A stretch of 64,000 bases of DNA from assembly GCF_009914755.1 (NCBI RefSeq), contig NC_060936.1; one strand, written 5' to 3'. Shown here one piece after another: positions 58,408 through 64,000 of the stretch. Below the pieces are notes generated by a model. The model ran no database searches, was not told the origin of the DNA, and saw only the letters and a list, made by a program, of their open reading frames with translations. Source of the stretch: the human T2T-CHM13v2.0 reference genome, Homo sapiens. Numbering within the stretch: the stretch's first letter is position 1; each line of letters starts with the position of its first letter. The translations under genes were made by a program, and so were the position numbers.

Positions 58408-59205
58408 GCACACACACATATATATACACATATATATACACACATATATATACACACATATATATATTCCATCATATATATATTCCATCTCATATATATA
58501 TTCCATCATATATATATTCCATCATATATATATTCCATCTCATATATATATATTCCATCATATAAATATTCCATCATATAAATATTCCATCATATAAATA
58601 TTCCATCTCATATATATATATTCCATCATATATATATATATTCCATCATATATATATAGTCCATCATATATATATTCCATCATATATATATAGTCCATCA
58701 TATATATATTCCATCATATATATATATATTCCATCATATATATATATTCCATCATATATATATATTCCATCATATATATATATTCCATCATATATATATA
58801 TATTCCATCATATATATATATATATATTCCATCATATATATATATATATTCCATCATATATATGCTGGAATACTACTCAGCCATAAAAAGGAATGAATTA
58901 ATGGCATTTGCAGCAATCTGGATGAGATTGGAGACTATTATTCTAAGTGAAGTAACTCAGGAATGGAAAAGCAAACATCGTATGTTCTCGCTGATATGTG
59001 GGGGACAAGCTATGAGGATGCAAAGGCATAAGAATGATACAATGGACTTTGGGGACTTGGAAGAAGTGTGGGAGGGGGGCGAGGGATAAAAGACTATGGT
59101 GTATACTGCTTGGGTAATGGGTGCACCAAAATCTCACAGATCACCACCAAAGAACTTACTCATGTAACCTATGGAAAATTTTAAAAAAGAAATAAAAATA
59201 AAAAT
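55920..59205 (+). mobile_element. L1PB with complete 5'UTR start and 3' end but ~3.7 kb internal deletion (junction ~57053)
   Basis: ATGGCGGATGGGAGGCAGG 5' end; ORF2 3' part from ~57054; L1PB 3'UTR; 17-bp TSD aaagtcaatcaaacatg (55903-55919) / aaaatcaatcaaatatg (59206-59222). Confidence 0.92.
58358..58863. repeat. (TA)21 followed by a minisatellite of ~22 units [TTCCATCA(TA)n]
   Basis: Read and counted directly. Confidence 0.95.
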
Positions 59206-59364
59206 AAAATCAATCAAATATGAGTTTATAATCAAAGATGACCAAATTCAGAAGAAATCAGCAGGAATAACAACAAAAGAACAACAAAAACATAATTAGA
59301 CCTACTAAAACATTCTGTTTTGGTTTTGTTTTGTATTATTTTGTTTTTCAAATACAGATTTATT

Positions 59365-60035
59365 TTATCAATTGTTCCATAACAAACTGCCCAACAATTT
59401 TGTGGATTAAAATCAACCATTTTATTTTGTTCACAACTTTTGTGGTTCATGAGTTTGGGAAAGTCTCATATCAGTGGGACTGCTGGGGCTAAAGAAGCTA
59501 TTTCCAAAATGTGTTTTTTATTTATATGGCTGGTGCCTCAATGCTCCTTGACTTCTCTTTCTCTATACGTTTCATCCTCAAAGGCCTCGCCACTCAACTT
59601 GGGCTTCTCAGAGCATTGTGGTTTCAGGGTAATCACACTTCTCTTATGACAGTTGGCTTCCAAGTAAGGTTTCCATGTTCAGCAAATGACAATACAGAAC
59701 TCCCTCTTAAATTTGAATTTAAGAAAAACAAAAAAAAATATTTTTAGCATAAAGTGTTTCAAATATTACCCAGGACATTTACACTGAAAAAATATTAGCA
59801 ACCCTACTTCAAAAAGAAAGCAAGCCGAAGTCTACTGGTATAGTTAAGGGCCTTGTTTGGAATTGAAATAGTGTCTTTTCCACCATATAATATTGGTCAA
59901 ACAATCACAGTGTCGGCCCAGATTTAAGGGATGGAGAGATAGACTCACTTCTGCAGGAAGTGGCAAGGTCACATTGCAAAAGGGCACATGGGATGGGATA
60001 TATTGTGGTGGCCATCTTTGGAAAATATAGTCCAC
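59365..60035 (-). mobile_element. MaLR solo LTR (MLT1H-like) split by MER53
   Basis: CATAACAAA..CAACCATTTTATTTTGTTCAC..CTTGGGCTTCTC..GGCAAGGTCACATTGCA..GGCCATCTTTGGAAAATA. Confidence 0.75.
59665..59806. mobile_element. hAT MITE (MER53-like), one arm partly deleted
   Basis: Termini TAAGGTTTCCA / TAGCAACCCTA; TTAAATTTGAATTT; 8-bp TSD cttccaag / cttcaaaa. Confidence 0.75.
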
Positions 60036-60260
60036 AAGAATAAATAGAAATATGCAAGAAAATATTAAGAAAATAAAATATAGAATCACAAAAATCAATA
60101 AGGTGATACTACTAAAAAGAGCTAGATCTTTCAAAACTAAAAATTATAATAATTAAATTTTTTAAAATCTTGAATGGTTAGACTGAACAGCAGATTAAAC
60201 ACAGCTAAGTAGTTATTAAACTACTTAGTTTAATCTGTGAACAGCAGATTAAACACAGCT

Positions 60261-60706
60261 TGTGTTATTGCCCCAAAATATTTACTCCCACTTCTTGTAA
60301 GTGAATTATTCATCTCATTATTGCCATAAAATGTGTGGTGCCTCCAGTGAAGGAATATACAGATCTGTGCCATTGATGTTGGGTTTGGTATATCACTTCC
60401 TTTGGCCAACAGCATGTGAGCAAATGTGAAATTCACTGTGTCCAGGCAACAGGTTTAACAGCCATTGTTTATTTCTTGCCAGCTCTCCTTCTCTTTTCCC
60501 TCTGCTATGAGAATATTGTGTTCTGAGTAAGCAAAGATTCTTCAGCCTGGATCCTACATTGAAAAAGAAAATGTAGAACAGAGCCACAAGTGATCTGAAG
60601 TGACCAGCAGCTTTCAAAAAAAAAAGAGAGAGAGAGCAAGAAATGATATTTTTAAGCCACTAAGATGGTGGGGGAGTTTGATACAGCACAGACACCTTGT
60701 CTGACA
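60261..60706 (+). mobile_element. MaLR solo LTR (MLT1G/H-like)
   Basis: GCCCCAAAATATTTACTCCC..CTTTGGCCAACAG.ATGTGAGC..TTCAGCCTGGATCC..TTTTAAGCCACT. Confidence 0.62.
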
Positions 60707-62694
60707 TATCACTCATCATTTATAAATAGGAAGGATAAGCATATTTCCTCAAAGTATGATAGTCATATAATGCCAAAATTTGCCTTCTAATGTGGGAACT
60801 CTCCTTATTGGAGAATAGATTCACAGTAATAAATTTCAAACCACTGGTATAAACTAACTAACATCTTAATGAGACTAAACCATAGAAGCTTCTCTATTCT
60901 ACTCTCCTTCACCCAAATAACTGACTGCTTCTCAATGATTTTGACAATATATAATTTTACCTGGAATAAATTTTGTTTAATGGGGAATAACCACTTTTCT
61001 AATTTCAATGGGCTTGAAAGCAGAGCTATACTTATGTATGTTCTACAAGATACTTGGACATTTGAAAAGTAGTCACATTAAAGAGTCAGCATTCAATTTA
61101 CTCAACTTCTGAGGTTCCCCTGGGTGCAGCTGCTGAAGAAATCCCAAATTACACTAAACACAAGAAATCCCACTAGGGATAGAGAAAAAGAGAAGGATAA
61201 ACTTCAGACTTTAATTTCTTTGAAACTTAACAACCAGGTACAAGAGCGTTTGATATTAGATTACAATTTCTTTGTATTTTTATATTTAGTACTTTAACTT
61301 GTAAGAGGATTTAATTCCATTGAATGTCAATTTCTCCTCAATAATTGATCATGTGAGAGGAGTTTATGTTGAAATTGGGATATATTTATACTGACAGTTT
61401 ATTATTTGCATATTTTAGTGTTGTCATCTGATGTCATGAACTACAGATAGGTTATGTGAAACAACATGGCTGTAAACAACCTAAGAAGGTAAAGAGATAT
61501 GGTAATGAATTTTCAGTGTTTGTACAAATATGATCTAAGTGTTAATTTAATACTGGACTTTTTTTGCCCAATTTCAGAGACTTCTGGCAACAAAATTATA
61601 CTGTCTATTGGTGGTTCCAGAAAAATGCCCCAAGAAACAATGGATTTATATTGGGGAAGTGGCCTCATGAAGGTAGAAGCATGACTGTCTTGGTAGGCTG
61701 CTTCTGTTTTCCTCGAAGGGGTACAACCACAACAGTAGTAATCTATGGGTATATTAGTTAAACTCAGTTGACTGTAAGAACAAGAAAAGCTAAAATGTTA
61801 AGAGGATTGGACTCTGCTTCACACTCTTGATGTTTATACATCACAGGAGCTCCAATATCATTGCATCTCTTCATTCACTCCACCCCCACAGATGATCTAT
61901 GAATTTGTGAAAAGTGATTGGGCACATTTAGCTCAGCTATTTGCTCTTTTTTCTTTGCAGACAACGTGTTCCACTCTGCTGTTCTATTCTATAAATTGTA
62001 TGTAGGAGATTCCGCCTCTACCAAATAACTAGGTAGGAATGTGTTTTAGTTATGTTGAGTTAGGCAACAATGAGGTAACAAAATCTCAGTGGTTTCACAT
62101 AGCAAAGTCTGTTTTGGATCAGCAGCTCTCCAGGGCTACTGAATTCTCAGCAATACTCAGAGATCCAGTAGTCTTATATCTTGTCATTGTACCTTTTAAA
62201 CAGGTGGCTTTCTGTTAACTATTTGGAAAGACAACCTGAGATTTGAAAGATAAATGATATTTAGAATTTTAAATAGTGTGATAAACATTTTTACTGTGTC
62301 TGTTCTATTTACTGTATCTGTATTTGCTGTATCAGCAAATAATTTTTCTGCAACTATACCTTCTTAATGAAACAAAGACATGAGAGATATGGAAACATTA
62401 ATGAGTTAATCCAGAGGTTGTGAGACTCTTTAAAGTTAGGTCCTCAAATGTAAGTTTCCTGGATTCTGTGTAATACAAAACCATTATTTTTCACGATGGC
62501 TTAGAAACATTATGTTGAATAAGTGGGAGATCTATGCAAATACAGACGTATTTCACTGGACAATGTGAAAATGAACAGACCTTGAATGAAATTTGATACG
62601 CCATTGTTTACTAACAACATTCTAAAATACTCAATCTGATCCATTGTAAGGTTTATTCCTTACATGTACCTTCCTTAGAATATGATAGTGGAAG

Positions 62695-62698
<4 letters not shown>

Positions 62699-62742
<44 letters not shown>
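62699..62742. repeat. Pure (TA)22 microsatellite
   Basis: Read directly. Confidence 0.96.
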
Positions 62743-62746
<4 letters not shown>

Positions 62747-63685
62747 TTTCACTTGGAAGTATGCAAAGAAAATAGAAGTTAGTTAGTTATTTTGAATGTC
62801 ATGTTCTGCATTCACTGCCATAATAATAATCATTCTAGTAGGTTTTCCATAAAACTTGGTAAATGCCGAAGTTTTTTTTTTTTTTTTTTAAACTGGTATC
62901 AGATCATCATCTCACTTCATTTGGCTGCTGTGAGTGTGTTAAGTATGCCAAGTATTTTTAATCACAAGTCCAAGCCTGCAAGATTTCAAACTTGGTATTC
63001 ATTTGTCTTTATAAACATTAATCTGGTATTTACAGGGAAAAAAATCAATGACTTTTTTCTGCAATGATTGATTCTCTTCTAAATAAGAAGCTATAAAGTA
63101 CTAAAATTCAATTAATAACATTAAGCTTCAATATGTATATTATACAATAAGTGAATTCCTTGATTAAATATTTATTACATAGCGATTTTCTTTATAATAA
63201 GCAGAAATATGTTCAAAAAGCAACACAAATTTTGTTGTATAAGCAGATAATTTTTAGGGTGATTTTCTTCCTACCTATTATTTGTATTAAGGTTAAATAT
63301 ATACAACATGTACTACTGTTTCACAGGATGGACTCAATATTACATTCACAAAGAACCAATTACCTCAGATCCGAATCTGTGTCTGTATTAGTCCATGTTC
63401 AAATCTTTTAAATCTATATTAAAACGATTATTTTTCTAACTTCTTCATTAGAGAAAGCCTTTATATTGGTAAAATAGCAAGTGACAGAAAACCAATTCAA
63501 ACTGGAGTAAATAAAATAAAGGACGAAGAAAGGAAGAGAGGGAAAAAGTAAGGCAGGGAGGGAGGCAGAGAGGGAGGCAAAGAAAGAGAGAGAGGAGAGA
63601 AGAAGGAAGGGAGAGAGAGCACTACTTGGCCAATAATTACGTTGTCTAGGAGTAGATTTTTGCCCTTCAGGCATAGTTGGTGTAT

Positions 63686-64000
63686 GTGTCCTAATTTCTG
63701 TTTTTCCAGAGAAAGAGAACAAGTAGGCACACACACACACACACACACACATATGTTTATGAAAAATAAGAATTGACTGATGCAATTATGGGAGCTGACG
63801 AATTCAGGAAAGCTGGTGGTGTAATTCAGTCTGAGTACAAATGCATAGAGGTGGTAGGGCATTGTTGTAAGCATTGGTCCAAGCCCAAAGGTGAAAAATC
63901 AGGAGCGCCAATGTCTAAGGGCAGGAGAAGGTGAATGCTCCATCTCAAACAGAGAGAACACATTTTCCCTTCCTCTGCCTTTTTTTTGTTCTATGCAGGC
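63686..64000 (-). mobile_element. ERVL LTR (MLT2, MLT2D-like), runs off the right edge; contains (CA)n
   Basis: CCAGAGAAA.AGAAC.A.TAGG, CAGGAAAGCTGGTGGTGTAATTCAGTCTGAG, GGGCAGGAGAAG.TG.ATG, CCCTTCCTCTGCCTTTTT. Confidence 0.82.

Noticed and set aside
58223-58597. YI/HI-repeat proteins (also 45795-46182)
   Set aside because: Translations of (TA)/(CA) microsatellites

Overview
This is AT-rich primate genomic DNA, most likely human: it carries AluJ, L1PA/L1PB/L1M, THE1/MST/MLT, MER47/MER75/MER53, MIR and L2 elements. It reads as gene-poor intergenic or deep-intronic sequence, well over half of it transposable-element debris. I can support no intact protein-coding gene, RNA gene, CRISPR array or prokaryotic system. 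The longer ORFs in the track are broken L1 ORF1/ORF2 pieces or chance frames inside repeats. The most interesting signals are: (1) two head-to-head L1PB elements, where the right one (55920-59205, TSD-bounded, ~3.7 kb internal deletion) keeps about 10x more CpG in its 5'UTR than its sister, plus an antisense ORF running in frame into a strong splice donor (ORF0-like arrangement, candidate exapted promoter); (2) a 22-unit minisatellite built from inverted copies of its own L1 flank; (3) two twin-priming inverted L1 insertions with readable TSDs; (4) a THE1 provirus whose two LTRs look like different subfamilies; (5) several short templated inversion/duplication scars and a few isolated candidate exons. 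Subfamily names come from recalled consensus motifs and need RepeatMasker/Dfam confirmation. Boundaries of old repeats are approximate. I found no convincing new biological system.
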